In this document: positions 35,671-45,393 of the stretch, one piece after another | Position numbering within the stretch: the stretch's first letter is position 1 | Layout: each line of letters starts with the position of its first letter | Assembly: GCA_964574875.1 (NCBI GenBank) | Contig: CAZNOX010000005.1 | Location: forward strand, 17,150-81,149 | Reading direction: 5' to 3' | DNA: 64,000 bases | Source: an uncultured bacterium | GTDB taxonomy: Bacteria; Macinerneyibacteriota; Macinerneyibacteria; Macinerneyibacteriales; DSCS01 | Notes under the pieces: generated by a model | Told to the model about the DNA's origin: nothing | Seen by the model: only the letters and a program-made list of their open reading frames with translations | Databases searched by the model: none | Translations under genes and position numbers: made by a program

Positions 35671-36935
35671 TGGAAAATGAAAAAATCCTGATGAGTCTCG
35701 ACCTTGGTTCACAGAATATCAAGGCAATGATCGGGGCCATCGACCATTCCGGCGCGCTTGAGATCAAGGGAATGGGCGTGGTGACTTGCAGCATGGGAAA
35801 CTGCGGGATCAGCGAAGGGATCATTAAAAATATCGAGATGACAGTAAGGAATATCAGCCAGGTGGTCAACGATGCCCAATCACAATACGGAGAAAATATC
35901 AATGACCTCATTGTGGGCTTCAGCGGCCGTCACATCGAATCCCGGAATGAAGAGGGCAGCGTGGTCGTGTCAGGCCGTGAGCATGAGATCGACCAGGAAG
36001 ACGTGGAACGTGTCAAAGACCAGGCCAAGACAAAAGTGGAACCTCTCCCCGAGTCGAAGACGGTGGTGAAACAGATCCCCAGATGGTACAGCATCGACGG
36101 AGAAGACCGGATCAAAGAACCGCGGGGCATGTCAGGGATCAAACTGGGTGTGGATATGCATATCATCCTGAGCAATACCCAGCAGATCAGAAACATCGAG
36201 AAGTGTGTGATGAAAGCGGATCTGGGCCTGAAGGATACAGTCCCCAATCTCCTGGCCTCAAGTATGGCTGTCATGGATAAGGACGAGTCCGAACTGGGGT
36301 GCATGGTCCTGGATATGGGAGCCGGAACAACGGATATCGCTGTCTTTATCGATGATGCTCTCCATTACAGTGATGTGCTGGAGATCGGAGGGAATATCGT
36401 GACCCGTGACCTGGCCACAGTACTGAAGACACCCAAGAACAAAGCCGAGCAGCTGAAGATCCGCTATGGCACCACCTATATCGACGAAAGCGTGGATCCC
36501 GATGAACTCATCGAAGTCCCTGCTGTGGGAGGCCGTCCTCCCGGGCGTATCAAGAGGGAGAACATCGAAGAGATCATCCGGCCCCGCCTGGAAGAGATCG
36601 GGGACCTGATCTTTGACCGGGTGAGAAGGAATAACATCAACATCACGCGGGACCTTCCCGCAGGGATCATTCTCACAGGAGGAATGGCCAGGCTCCACGG
36701 CTTTGACCGGCTTCTGGAGCAGATGTTCGATGTCCAGGTGAAGATCGGAGTCCCGGGAGCCACAGGAACCATCACGGGGCTTGATGTCAGCCAGCCTCAG
36801 TTCGCTGCTCCGGTGGGGCTGCTGCTTTACGGTAAAAATCATTTGGATGAATATGAGGAGCGGTTTATGGGAGATTTTCCTGCCCTATACAGGAAAATAA
36901 CAGGTTATCTGAAAAGGTTGTTCAGTAACCGGTAA
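35670..36935 (+). CDS. ftsA: Cell division protein FtsA
   Basis: Actin-fold ATPase motifs (SLDLGSQNIKAMIG, VLDMGAGTTDIAVF). Confidence 0.9.
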   Translation: MENEKILMSLDLGSQNIKAMIGAIDHSGALEIKGMGVVTCSMGNCGISEGIIKNIEMTVRNISQVVNDAQSQYGENINDLIVGFSGRHIESRNEEGSVVVSGREHEIDQEDVERVKDQAKTKVEPLPESKTVVKQIPRWYSIDGEDRIKEPRGMSGIKLGVDMHIILSNTQQIRNIEKCVMKADLGLKDTVPNLLASSMAVMDKDESELGCMVLDMGAGTTDIAVFIDDALHYSDVLEIGGNIVTRDLATVLKTPKNKAEQLKIRYGTTYIDESVDPDELIEVPAVGGRPPGRIKRENIEEIIRPRLEEIGDLIFDRVRRNNINITRDLPAGIILTGGMARLHGFDRLLEQMFDVQVKIGVPGATGTITGLDVSQPQFAAPVGLLLYGKNHLDEYEERFMGDFPALYRKITGYLKRLFSNR

Positions 36936-36946
36936 GGGAGGTTGTT

Positions 36947-38041
36947 ATGATAAGTATTGAAAGAACAGATGCGGAAAGGTTCAATGTCAGGATCAAAGTC
37001 TTCGGCATCGGCGGAGGGGGATGCAACGCCCTCAACAACATGGTGGGGTCGGGACTCCTCAAGGGGCTCGACTTTGTCGCCGTGAACACAGACCTGCAGG
37101 TCCTGGACCAGAACAAGGCGAGGCACAAGCTGGCCATCGGAAGCAAACTCACCAGGGGACTGGGAGCCGGGGGAAACCCTGAGATCGGCGAAAAGGCTGC
37201 TTCAGAAGACCGGGACAAGATCCGTGACATGATCGACGGAACCAGTCTGCTCTTCCTGACCACGGGAATGGGCGGCGGAACAGGGACCGGAGCGACTCCT
37301 GTCATCGCATCAGTGGCCCGGGAAATGGGGATCCTGACCATCGCCGTTGTGACAAAACCCTTTGAATTCGAAGGTAAGACCCGCATGGAAAATGCAGAAA
37401 AAGGGATCGAGGGCGTCAAAGAGTGGGCCGATGCCGTTATTGTCATCCCCAACCAGAGGCTCTTCCTCCTCCAGGAGGGAAAGATCTCATTCCTGCAGGC
37501 TTTCCGTATGGTGGATAATGTCCTTCTGGATTCTGTACGCGGCATCACTGAACTCCTTGATACAGCAGGGATCATCAATGTGGACTTCAGTGACCTGGCT
37601 AAAGTCATGAAGACTCCGGGAGAAGTCTTCATCGGAATGGGCCTGGGAGTCGGAGAAAACAAGGCCGTTGAGGCTGCTCAGAAAGCCGTGGAATGTCCCC
37701 TCATGGAAGAGCTGAGTATGGAAGGGGCCGAAGAGATCCTTGTCAATGTCACCACAGGCCAGGATTTTGAGATGGGCGAAGTGGAACGCATCGTCAAGGT
37801 CATCGAGCAGAAGACCAACGGATACGGAAACCTGAAATACGGGGTCGTCTATGACCAGGATATGAGCGAAGAGATCAAGGTCACCGTGATCGCCAAGGGA
37901 TTCCGTGAGAACAAAAAACACGGAGTGGACAAGCTCAAAGACATCACCGGAAAAGATGTTCCCCTGGAGAGGCTGGTCCTGACCAATCCCGACCTTCCGG
38001 AGTTTGATACCCCTGCTGTCTTCAGACGGAAAGCGGATTGA
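36947..38041 (+). CDS. ftsZ: Cell division GTPase FtsZ
   Basis: Tubulin signature GGGTGTG (TTGMGGGTGTGATPV), NQR motif. AGGGAGG SD. Confidence 0.95.
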   Translation: MISIERTDAERFNVRIKVFGIGGGGCNALNNMVGSGLLKGLDFVAVNTDLQVLDQNKARHKLAIGSKLTRGLGAGGNPEIGEKAASEDRDKIRDMIDGTSLLFLTTGMGGGTGTGATPVIASVAREMGILTIAVVTKPFEFEGKTRMENAEKGIEGVKEWADAVIVIPNQRLFLLQEGKISFLQAFRMVDNVLLDSVRGITELLDTAGIINVDFSDLAKVMKTPGEVFIGMGLGVGENKAVEAAQKAVECPLMEELSMEGAEEILVNVTTGQDFEMGEVERIVKVIEQKTNGYGNLKYGVVYDQDMSEEIKVTVIAKGFRENKKHGVDKLKDITGKDVPLERLVLTNPDLPEFDTPAVFRRKAD

Positions 38042-38048
38042 GGTTCTC

Positions 38049-39083
38049 ATGGTGGATGTGGATTATATTATTGATTTTCTCTCACGGATCATCGCTGTCC
38101 CCTCTCCCACGGGATATACGGATGAAGCCCTGGACCTGGTCACTGAGGAGGCCCGCCGTCTTCTTCCCGGCGGCCGGATCACCAGGCTGAAAAAGGGGGC
38201 TGTCACAGTGAGGATCCCCGGGCAGCGTGAAGAGACCCTGGTCCTTGATGCTCATGTGGACACCCTGGGGGCCATGGTCAAGGAGATCAAATCCGACGGC
38301 CGGCTCACTTTGACCCCCATCGGCGGATTTCTCATGACGGCGGTGGAATGTGAAAACGTCGAGATCCATACGGAAAAAAACGGTACAGTCACAGGGACTA
38401 TCCTCTCCAACTCCCAGTCTGTGCATGTCTATGATGATGCGAGGAAATTGGAGCGTAAGGCGGAGAATATGGAGATCCGTCCGGATATCAGGACATCAAG
38501 CGCCGAAGAGACGAAAAAGGCGGGGATCTCCGTGGGTGATTTTATCTCCTTTGACCCTCGGTTCCGACTGACGTCAGACGGGTTCGTGAAAACCCGTTTT
38601 CTGGATGACAAGGCCAGTGTGGCCATCCTCATGGGCCTCATCAAGGCCATAGCCCATGAGAAGACAGCCCCACCCCGCACACTTCTCTTCTATTTCAACA
38701 ACACCGAAGAGGTGGGGGCGGGAGCAGCCAACGGGCTGGATCATAACTGCACTGAATTCATCGCCGTTGACATGGGGGCCCCGGGACGGGGCCAGGAATC
38801 GGACGAATTTACAGTGAGTCTCTGTGCCAAAGACAGCAGCGGGCCGTATGATGTGAGCCTCAGGCGGGAACTGACAGCGGTGGCCGGGGAAAAGAAGATC
38901 CCGTATAAAGTGGATATCTACCCCCATTACGGTTCGGATGCTTCGGCAGCCCGACGCACACGGCTGGATCTGAGGACCATTGTCCTGGGACCGGGTGTGG
39001 ATGCATCCCATGCCTATGAGAGGACCCATAAAGATTCGCTTGAAGCTACGGCGGCTTTGCTGTATCATTATGTGAAAAAATGA
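38049..39083 (+). CDS. M42-family (glutamyl) aminopeptidase
   Basis: M42/M20-like metal ligands (DAHVDTLG, FLDDKASVAIL, NTEEVG, AVDMGAPG). Track start 38004 is TTG inside ftsZ; the ATG at about 38049 (MVDVDYII) is the likelier start. Confidence 0.7.
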   Translation: MVDVDYIIDFLSRIIAVPSPTGYTDEALDLVTEEARRLLPGGRITRLKKGAVTVRIPGQREETLVLDAHVDTLGAMVKEIKSDGRLTLTPIGGFLMTAVECENVEIHTEKNGTVTGTILSNSQSVHVYDDARKLERKAENMEIRPDIRTSSAEETKKAGISVGDFISFDPRFRLTSDGFVKTRFLDDKASVAILMGLIKAIAHEKTAPPRTLLFYFNNTEEVGAGAANGLDHNCTEFIAVDMGAPGRGQESDEFTVSLCAKDSSGPYDVSLRRELTAVAGEKKIPYKVDIYPHYGSDASAARRTRLDLRTIVLGPGVDASHAYERTHKDSLEATAALLYHYVKK

Positions 39084-39086
39084 GAG

Positions 39087-39899
39087 ATGAAATTTTTAGG
39101 CGGCTTTACAATCGGACAATACATCCCGCTGGACTCAGCGGTCCATAATCTGGATCCCCGGACGAAGTTTATAGGGCTCACGGGGGTGATGGTCTTTGTC
39201 TTTGTCTTTCCCTCCCTTACCGTTTATCTTTTCCTCATGGCCGCCCTTCATCTCGTCCTCATGGCCTCATCGCTCCGGTACCGTTATATCTGGAAAGGGT
39301 TAAGACCGGTCCTCTTTCTCATTCTCTTTTCCGCGCTTTTCAACCTCTTTTTTACACCGGGTGAACCCTTATGGTGGAAGATCACCAGGGAGGGGGCCTA
39401 TTTCGGGCTTCTTTACGCCCTTCGGATCTATCTTCTCGTCTTCACCTCGGTGATTCTGACCTTCACCACCTCGCCCATCAGGCTCACAGACGCCATGGAG
39501 TATTTTATGAAGCCTCTCAAGAAACTCCATGTCCCTGTTGAAGACATCGCGCTCATGCTGGTCATCGCCTTGCGGTTTATCCCCACACTCCTGGAGGAGA
39601 TCGACAGGCTGATCAAGGCCCAGATGTCACGGGGTGTCGACTTTGACAAAGGGAACCTCTTTCAGAGGATCAAGCGGCTTCTGCCTGTTTTCGTTCCCCT
39701 CTTTGTCTCCTGTTTCAAACGGGCGGAGGAGCTTGCAGATGCCATGGAAAGCCGCTGCTACAGAGGAGGTGAACTGCGGACGAAGCGCGGGAAGCTCTCA
39801 TTCAGGGCTGCTGACGGGATGGCCTTTCTTCTCCTGGCGTTGACAGGAGGAGCCTGCGCTTATATCTTCTATGTCTTCTCCACAGCGCCTCTTGTATAA
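39087..39899 (+). CDS. ecfT: Energy-coupling factor transporter transmembrane (T) component EcfT/CbiQ
   Basis: 270 aa, 5-6 TM helices, CbiQ-family conserved ALRFIP and R-rich loop. Confidence 0.65.
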   Translation: MKFLGGFTIGQYIPLDSAVHNLDPRTKFIGLTGVMVFVFVFPSLTVYLFLMAALHLVLMASSLRYRYIWKGLRPVLFLILFSALFNLFFTPGEPLWWKITREGAYFGLLYALRIYLLVFTSVILTFTTSPIRLTDAMEYFMKPLKKLHVPVEDIALMLVIALRFIPTLLEEIDRLIKAQMSRGVDFDKGNLFQRIKRLLPVFVPLFVSCFKRAEELADAMESRCYRGGELRTKRGKLSFRAADGMAFLLLALTGGACAYIFYVFSTAPLV

Positions 39900-40251
39900 A
39901 GCCTTTTATATTCTGTCTGTCCTTGTCTTTGCTGCAACCCTGGTGTTTTATGTCCGGGGGTCTGTCTCCTTCATAAAGGACAGGGGGCGGGAGACATCTG
40001 CTGAAAAGAAGGACAGCACCGCCGGGGAGAAGAGGCCGGAGTTTCCCCTGGATCTCAATGAGGCTGCTTCCGGAGAACTGGAACGGATATCGGGGATCGG
40101 CCCCGTCCTGGCCGGGCGGATCATCCGGTTCCGTGAAAAACAAGGAGGTTTCCGGACTTTGGAGGAGTTGAAAAAGGTGAAAGGGATCGGCCCTGTGACC
40201 TACAGGGAGATCCGCCCCTATCTGAGCGTCAAAAGCGGAGGAGCGCCATGA
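39871..40251 (+). CDS. comEA: ComEA-like helix-hairpin-helix DNA-binding competence protein
   Basis: N-terminal TM plus tandem HhH (LNEAASGELERISGIGPVLAGRIIRFRE..GGFRTLEELKKVKGIGPVTYREI). Confidence 0.8.
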   Translation: MSSPQRLLYKAFYILSVLVFAATLVFYVRGSVSFIKDRGRETSAEKKDSTAGEKRPEFPLDLNEAASGELERISGIGPVLAGRIIRFREKQGGFRTLEELKKVKGIGPVTYREIRPYLSVKSGGAP

Positions 40252-42668
40252 GGCGGTTTCTGCTGATCCTGCTCGCTGCGGCCTTCTCTCTTTCTCTTTC
40301 CGTTCATGCCGAAAGCCTCTTTCAATACAGGATCCATGTCTATCCCACGGGGAAGATGAGAGAGAGCCTGAAAAAAAGCCGTTACTGGGGCGTCGCCCTG
40401 AGCGGTGGGGGAGCTCTGGGTTTTGCACACCTGGGAGCCATGAAAGCTCTTCTTGAAGAGGGGATGGTCCCCGATATGGTCACCGGGACCTCCATGGGAG
40501 CCATCATCGGAGGCTTCCTGGCCGCCGGTTATGATGTGGACGACGTGATCTCCCTCATGGAAAACACCGATTTTTTCGAGATGTTTCTGGACCTTCCCCA
40601 GAGAAGCAATGTGAGGATGACCCGGAAAGACCAGTATGACCTCTTTATGGGGAGTATCAGCTTTTCATCACGCGGCCCGGTGATCCCCGAAGGGATCCTT
40701 CCCGGGTATGAACTCCAGAAACTTTTTTTGACCCGTCTTTCCACGGTGAGTGCCATGGACGGCCTGGAGGACTTCAACCTCCTTTACTACCCGTTCCGGG
40801 CTGTTTCAGCCGACCTCATCACCGGAGAGGGTTTTGTCTGGGACAGGGGGGACCTCGGCCTGGCTGTCCGGTCAAGCATGAATATCCCCGGAGTCTTCCC
40901 TCCTCTCAAATACCGGGGAAAAGCGCTGGTGGACGGCGGGATCTATCATAATCTGCCTTTAAAGGAGCTCAAGGACCTGGGGGCCGATACCCTCATCGCT
41001 TTTGATTTTCCCCCTCCCGAAGAGGATCTCTCTTCAGCCCTCTCCTCATTGAAAAAAATGGCGTCAAACCTGGTGGAAGCAGGAGAAGAAAAGTACCGTT
41101 TTCTGGCCGACCTTGTGGTGACCTTTCCTGTTGAAGAGTTCAACGGGGGGAGTTTTGACAAAGCCAGGGAGCTGTTCCGCCTGGGATATGACTATACCCG
41201 GGAACATCTGCTGAAGATCCGCCGGAAAGTAGAACTGGGTGAGGTGAAGTACTTTATCAGGGAGGTGCGCCAGGGGGACAATGCCTTGTCTGTGGGCCGG
41301 TTTGTCTCTGAAGAGGAGATCTATCGTCTTTGCCTCAGCCTCCTCACGCCTCTCACACCCTGGGCCTTTGATGCCCGTCTGGACGGCCATGTCCTGTTCG
41401 TCGAGAATGTGGAACCGCTGACGTCCATCCGCATCGGGAGTCCGGAAAAAGATATCAGCTACATGACAGAGAGTCTTGATGAAGTCCGTTTTCTCCTGAA
41501 AGAGATCAAAAAGATCGAACAGGAGCGGGGGTTCTACAGCGTGAACATCGGAGGATGGACCTATGAGAAGGGGGTCCTCACGCTGGAGACCACACGGATG
41601 AGGATCACCGGGGTGGAGGCACAGGGAAATCACCTGACATCCGATGAGAAGATCCGTCAGATCATGGGCTTTGAGGGCGAACAGTGGTTTGACCGTGACC
41701 TGCTCCGGTCCCTGGACAGGCTCTATGCCACGGGGAAGTTTGCTATTCTCCTGCCCTATCTGGAAAAGAGAGAGAACGGAATCGTTCTGAAACTCCTGGT
41801 GAAGGAGCGGGAAAACAACATCATCAGTCTTACGGGAAACTACAGGTCAGACAAAGGTTTTCTCACCTTTCTCCGATATGAACGGAATCAGATCCTTCAT
41901 TGGGGTGATTTTGCCGGGGCGGAACTGTCTGTGAGCAGGGACCTGTCACTGCGCCTTTTTGCAGGGACCTCTTCATTCTTGAAGACTCCCTTTGTCTTGA
42001 GTTATGAGGCGGCCTACCGCGAGGACAGCCTCTATCCTCAAGAGGAGTATACGGAGTTTCGAAAGACAGGCCGCGTGACCCTCTCCTCCAACGGCTATCG
42101 GCATCAGCGCACTGTGGGCCTGGCCTATCGGGCCTATAATGCCTATCCCGAGGGCCCGGAGCGGACTCAATGGCTCCTTGAGGCGGGATTACGGACAGAC
42201 ACCCTGGACGACAGAAATCTTCCCACAGACGGATTGGCTTTCACCGGAGAATATGAGACCTCGCTCAACGGACTGAAATATGACAGGTTCTCGCTTCGGG
42301 GAGAGGGATACTGGAAGATCTCTCCCCTGGGCTCTCTCTTTACTTCCTTCTTCTGGGGAAAGATCAGCCGGAGTGACAGTGACAGAAATCTGAAAGTCAG
42401 GTTTGAAAACCTCTTTGACCATGACCGTGATGCCATGTATAATAGAATCGGGCATATCGCCGCCGGGATCAAGGGCCCGGACAGTACCCCACTCGCCGTC
42501 CCGTTTGTCTATGCCGGATGGCTTTCAAGAGAGGGCGGACCGTGGGAACCCTACTGGGGCATCGGGGTGGAGCAGAAGATCCTTCTGATCAAGTATGCCC
42601 GCTGGGAGTATTTATGGAATCAGGAGAACGGAAAGATCGAATTTTCCATAGGAGCGAGGATCCCGTGA
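40248..42668 (+). CDS. Patatin-like phospholipase fused to POTRA/beta-barrel (PlpD-like, type Vd autotransporter-like)
   Basis: Signal peptide, patatin GxGxxG (SGGGALGFAHLG), GTSMG serine motif, catalytic DGG. C-terminal roughly 450 aa beta-rich BamA/TpsB-like region. Confidence 0.7.
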   Translation: MRRFLLILLAAAFSLSLSVHAESLFQYRIHVYPTGKMRESLKKSRYWGVALSGGGALGFAHLGAMKALLEEGMVPDMVTGTSMGAIIGGFLAAGYDVDDVISLMENTDFFEMFLDLPQRSNVRMTRKDQYDLFMGSISFSSRGPVIPEGILPGYELQKLFLTRLSTVSAMDGLEDFNLLYYPFRAVSADLITGEGFVWDRGDLGLAVRSSMNIPGVFPPLKYRGKALVDGGIYHNLPLKELKDLGADTLIAFDFPPPEEDLSSALSSLKKMASNLVEAGEEKYRFLADLVVTFPVEEFNGGSFDKARELFRLGYDYTREHLLKIRRKVELGEVKYFIREVRQGDNALSVGRFVSEEEIYRLCLSLLTPLTPWAFDARLDGHVLFVENVEPLTSIRIGSPEKDISYMTESLDEVRFLLKEIKKIEQERGFYSVNIGGWTYEKGVLTLETTRMRITGVEAQGNHLTSDEKIRQIMGFEGEQWFDRDLLRSLDRLYATGKFAILLPYLEKRENGIVLKLLVKERENNIISLTGNYRSDKGFLTFLRYERNQILHWGDFAGAELSVSRDLSLRLFAGTSSFLKTPFVLSYEAAYREDSLYPQEEYTEFRKTGRVTLSSNGYRHQRTVGLAYRAYNAYPEGPERTQWLLEAGLRTDTLDDRNLPTDGLAFTGEYETSLNGLKYDRFSLRGEGYWKISPLGSLFTSFFWGKISRSDSDRNLKVRFENLFDHDRDAMYNRIGHIAAGIKGPDSTPLAVPFVYAGWLSREGGPWEPYWGIGVEQKILLIKYARWEYLWNQENGKIEFSIGARIP

Positions 42669-45262
42669 AAGTCATTGCAGGCCATACCAATATGGATTTC
42701 GACTGCCTGGCCTCTATGGTCGCAGCAAGCCTTCTCTATCCCGATTTCACCCCTGTCTTTCCCGATAATGCCGAACGGCCCGTGCGAGACTATATCAGCC
42801 GGGAGGAGCTGGGGGTCTCCTTTCTCTTTGCCTCTCAGCTGGAAAAGCCCTGTTCAGAGATGATCCTTGTGGACAATAATGATCTGAACCGGACGGGTAT
42901 CCCCGAAGAGTTTCTCAGAGGCTGTTCTGTCTCTCTCGTCTATGACCATCATCCCGAAACGGGAGAGTGGCTCGCCAACAACAGTATCAGGGGAGTCTTT
43001 AAACCCTACGGGGCTAATATTTCCATCCTTTACGAGGAGATCTCCGCAAAGGGGATCGTTCTGCAGGAGGCCCACATCAGGCTCTTTCTTCTGGGGCTGT
43101 ATGAAGACACCGGCTTTTTCAGTTATATCTCCCTTCATGAAGCGGATGTACGGACCTTTGCGGATCTTTTCGGGCAGTTGAAGGAGAAGGACATCTCCTA
43201 TCTCTCCCGCTATCTGGTGACTGATCTCACCGCTGATCAGCTCTCTGTCATGGATGACCTGGCTAAACAGAGCACATATCTGGACACAGGCAGCGGCAAG
43301 ATCGCTTTTTGCACTGCTGAACGGGAAGAGTATGTCTCCAATATCTCCTTTGTGGCCCAGCGCCTTCTTGTGATCCTTGCCGTGGAAGCGGTCTTCGTCC
43401 TGGTCCGTCTGGGCAAGACCGTCTATTTCCTGGCCAGGAGCCGCAGCCGGGCCATCGATGTCCGTGAAAGCGTCGCGTCCCTGGGAGGCGGAGGACACCC
43501 TTCTGCCGCCTATGTGGCTCTGAAGGAGATCTCATATGTGGATGCCCGTGAAAAAGTGTATGACATCATCCTTCAATGTTATAAAAAAGAGCGCCCCTTG
43601 CGGGAGATCATGAACCGTGACGTGGTCTCGTCAACGGAGGAGGAACCCATCACCCGTGTGCGTGAGAAGATGCTCGCCTATAATCACTCCAAGATCCCTG
43701 TCACAGACAGCGGGGGAGTGATTCTGGGCATGATCACCCAGAAAGAGGTCAACCGGCTTTTTCAGCACGATTTCGGGCATCTCCCTGTGAAGGATTATAT
43801 GGACAGGGAGGTCCCTGTGCTGGATGAAAACACGGATGTCCTCAAAGCCCGTGAAGAGATCCTTGAAAAGAGGAAATCCATGGTCATTGTGAGCCGTGAC
43901 GGGCTTCTGGCGGGGATCGTCACAAAAAACGACCTGCTCCTTATGGATTTTCTGGGTGAAGGACAGAAAAGAGGGATCAGAAACCTCTCTTCCGATATCA
44001 AATACGGATTGAAGGGCATCAATTTCAACAGAGTCCATACAGCCGGGGAGATCGCAGACAGCCTCGGGTACCGAGCTTATGTCGTCGGCGGATTTGTCCG
44101 TGACCTGCTGCTGAAACGCGCGACCTATGACATCGACCTGGTGGTAGAGGGGAGCGGAGTGGATGTGGCCCGTGCCCTGGGAGAGAAGGAGCAGGGGAAA
44201 GTGATCATCCACAAAAAATTTCAAACGGCCACAGTCCTTTTTGAAGACGGGTTCAAGATGGATATCGCCACAGCCCGTTCGGAGACCTATGCCCGCCCGG
44301 GGGCCCTGCCCGTGGTCATGCGTTCTCCGCTGAAATATGACCTCTACCGGAGGGATTTCACCATGAATGCCATGGCCATCTCCCTGTCCACAGAGAGTTT
44401 CGGAGACCTCTATGATTTTTTCGGCGGGTACGACGACCTGAAAAAAGGAGTGCTTAAAGTCCTGCATACCATCAGTTTTATCGAAGACCCTTCGCGGATC
44501 CTCAGGGGAGTGAGGTTTGCCGCGCGTTTTGACTTCACATTCGGAAAACAGACCCAGGGACTTTTGAAAAATGCTCTTGAGATGGATGTCCTCAAATACC
44601 TTTCCGGACGTCGTGTCAAAGATGAGCTCTTTCTGATCTTTGAAGAAGACTATCCCGAAAATGCTTTTTCTCTCATGGAAGAGTTGGGGGTCTTTCCCGC
44701 ACTCTTCGAGGGGCTTCATTTTACAAAAGAAAAGGTGAAGATCTTCAGAGAGATCCGCCATACCGTCCACTGGTACAGGCTTCTTTATTTCAAAAAGAAG
44801 ATCCAGGAGAGGTTTCTCTATCTCATGGCCCTCTTCAGTGACATGGACCGGACGATCCGCCAGGAGTGCACGGAGAAATTCGAGCTGACAAAAAGGTTTC
44901 AGACTCTTTCCGACCAGGTGGAGGCGTTTGTCAGGGAGAGGTATAAGGCCGTCCATGTGAAACGCTTTTTAAAGAAGAGCGAGATCTATGACCTTTTCCG
45001 ACACCTGGAGCCGGATGCCATCCTCTATCTCATGGCCGCTTACGCTCATAATGAACGTTTTCAGCAATATGCCTCTCTTTATATCATGGAGATCTCACGG
45101 AAAAGGCAGCTGGTGAACGGGAATGACCTGAAGGAGACAGGATTTCAAAGGGGGGAAGAACTACGTACGCTTCTGGAGACCATCCACAAAATGCACATCG
45201 ACGGGGAGATCAGGACAAGGGAAGAGGCTCTTCGCTATTTAAAACGGCTGGCGACATCATAG
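42665..45262 (+). CDS. DHH-DHHA1-CBS pair-CCA tRNA nucleotidyltransferase/poly(A) polymerase family protein
   Basis: DHH N-terminus (IAGHTNMDFDCLASM), GGGH (DHHA1), CBS pair, PolA head domain (GGFVRDLLLKRATYDIDLVVEG, RRDFTMNAMA). GTG at 42665 with a GAGGA SD; the track ATG at 42518 lies inside the upstream gene. Confidence 0.75.
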   Translation: MKVIAGHTNMDFDCLASMVAASLLYPDFTPVFPDNAERPVRDYISREELGVSFLFASQLEKPCSEMILVDNNDLNRTGIPEEFLRGCSVSLVYDHHPETGEWLANNSIRGVFKPYGANISILYEEISAKGIVLQEAHIRLFLLGLYEDTGFFSYISLHEADVRTFADLFGQLKEKDISYLSRYLVTDLTADQLSVMDDLAKQSTYLDTGSGKIAFCTAEREEYVSNISFVAQRLLVILAVEAVFVLVRLGKTVYFLARSRSRAIDVRESVASLGGGGHPSAAYVALKEISYVDAREKVYDIILQCYKKERPLREIMNRDVVSSTEEEPITRVREKMLAYNHSKIPVTDSGGVILGMITQKEVNRLFQHDFGHLPVKDYMDREVPVLDENTDVLKAREEILEKRKSMVIVSRDGLLAGIVTKNDLLLMDFLGEGQKRGIRNLSSDIKYGLKGINFNRVHTAGEIADSLGYRAYVVGGFVRDLLLKRATYDIDLVVEGSGVDVARALGEKEQGKVIIHKKFQTATVLFEDGFKMDIATARSETYARPGALPVVMRSPLKYDLYRRDFTMNAMAISLSTESFGDLYDFFGGYDDLKKGVLKVLHTISFIEDPSRILRGVRFAARFDFTFGKQTQGLLKNALEMDVLKYLSGRRVKDELFLIFEEDYPENAFSLMEELGVFPALFEGLHFTKEKVKIFREIRHTVHWYRLLYFKKKIQERFLYLMALFSDMDRTIRQECTEKFELTKRFQTLSDQVEAFVRERYKAVHVKRFLKKSEIYDLFRHLEPDAILYLMAAYAHNERFQQYASLYIMEISRKRQLVNGNDLKETGFQRGEELRTLLETIHKMHIDGEIRTREEALRYLKRLATS

Positions 45263-45393
45263 AGAATCTTCTTTTTCCGCAATACTGTCCCCTCTGCGGA
45301 GAAAAGACGACCACACGGCAGGGGCTCTGTTCCCCCTGTCTGGAATCGCTTCCCCGTATCGGTGAAAAGATCTGCACACGGTGTGGGCGCCCC

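Noticed and set aside
38004-38049. Track start of the M42 peptidase at 38004 (overlapping ftsZ by 38 nt)
   Set aside because: The ORF track uses TTG/GTG as starts (the 10043 and 12939 starts are TTG by direct codon reading, and 38004 appears to be as well). The downstream ATG (MVDVDYII) after the ftsZ stop is the more plausible start.
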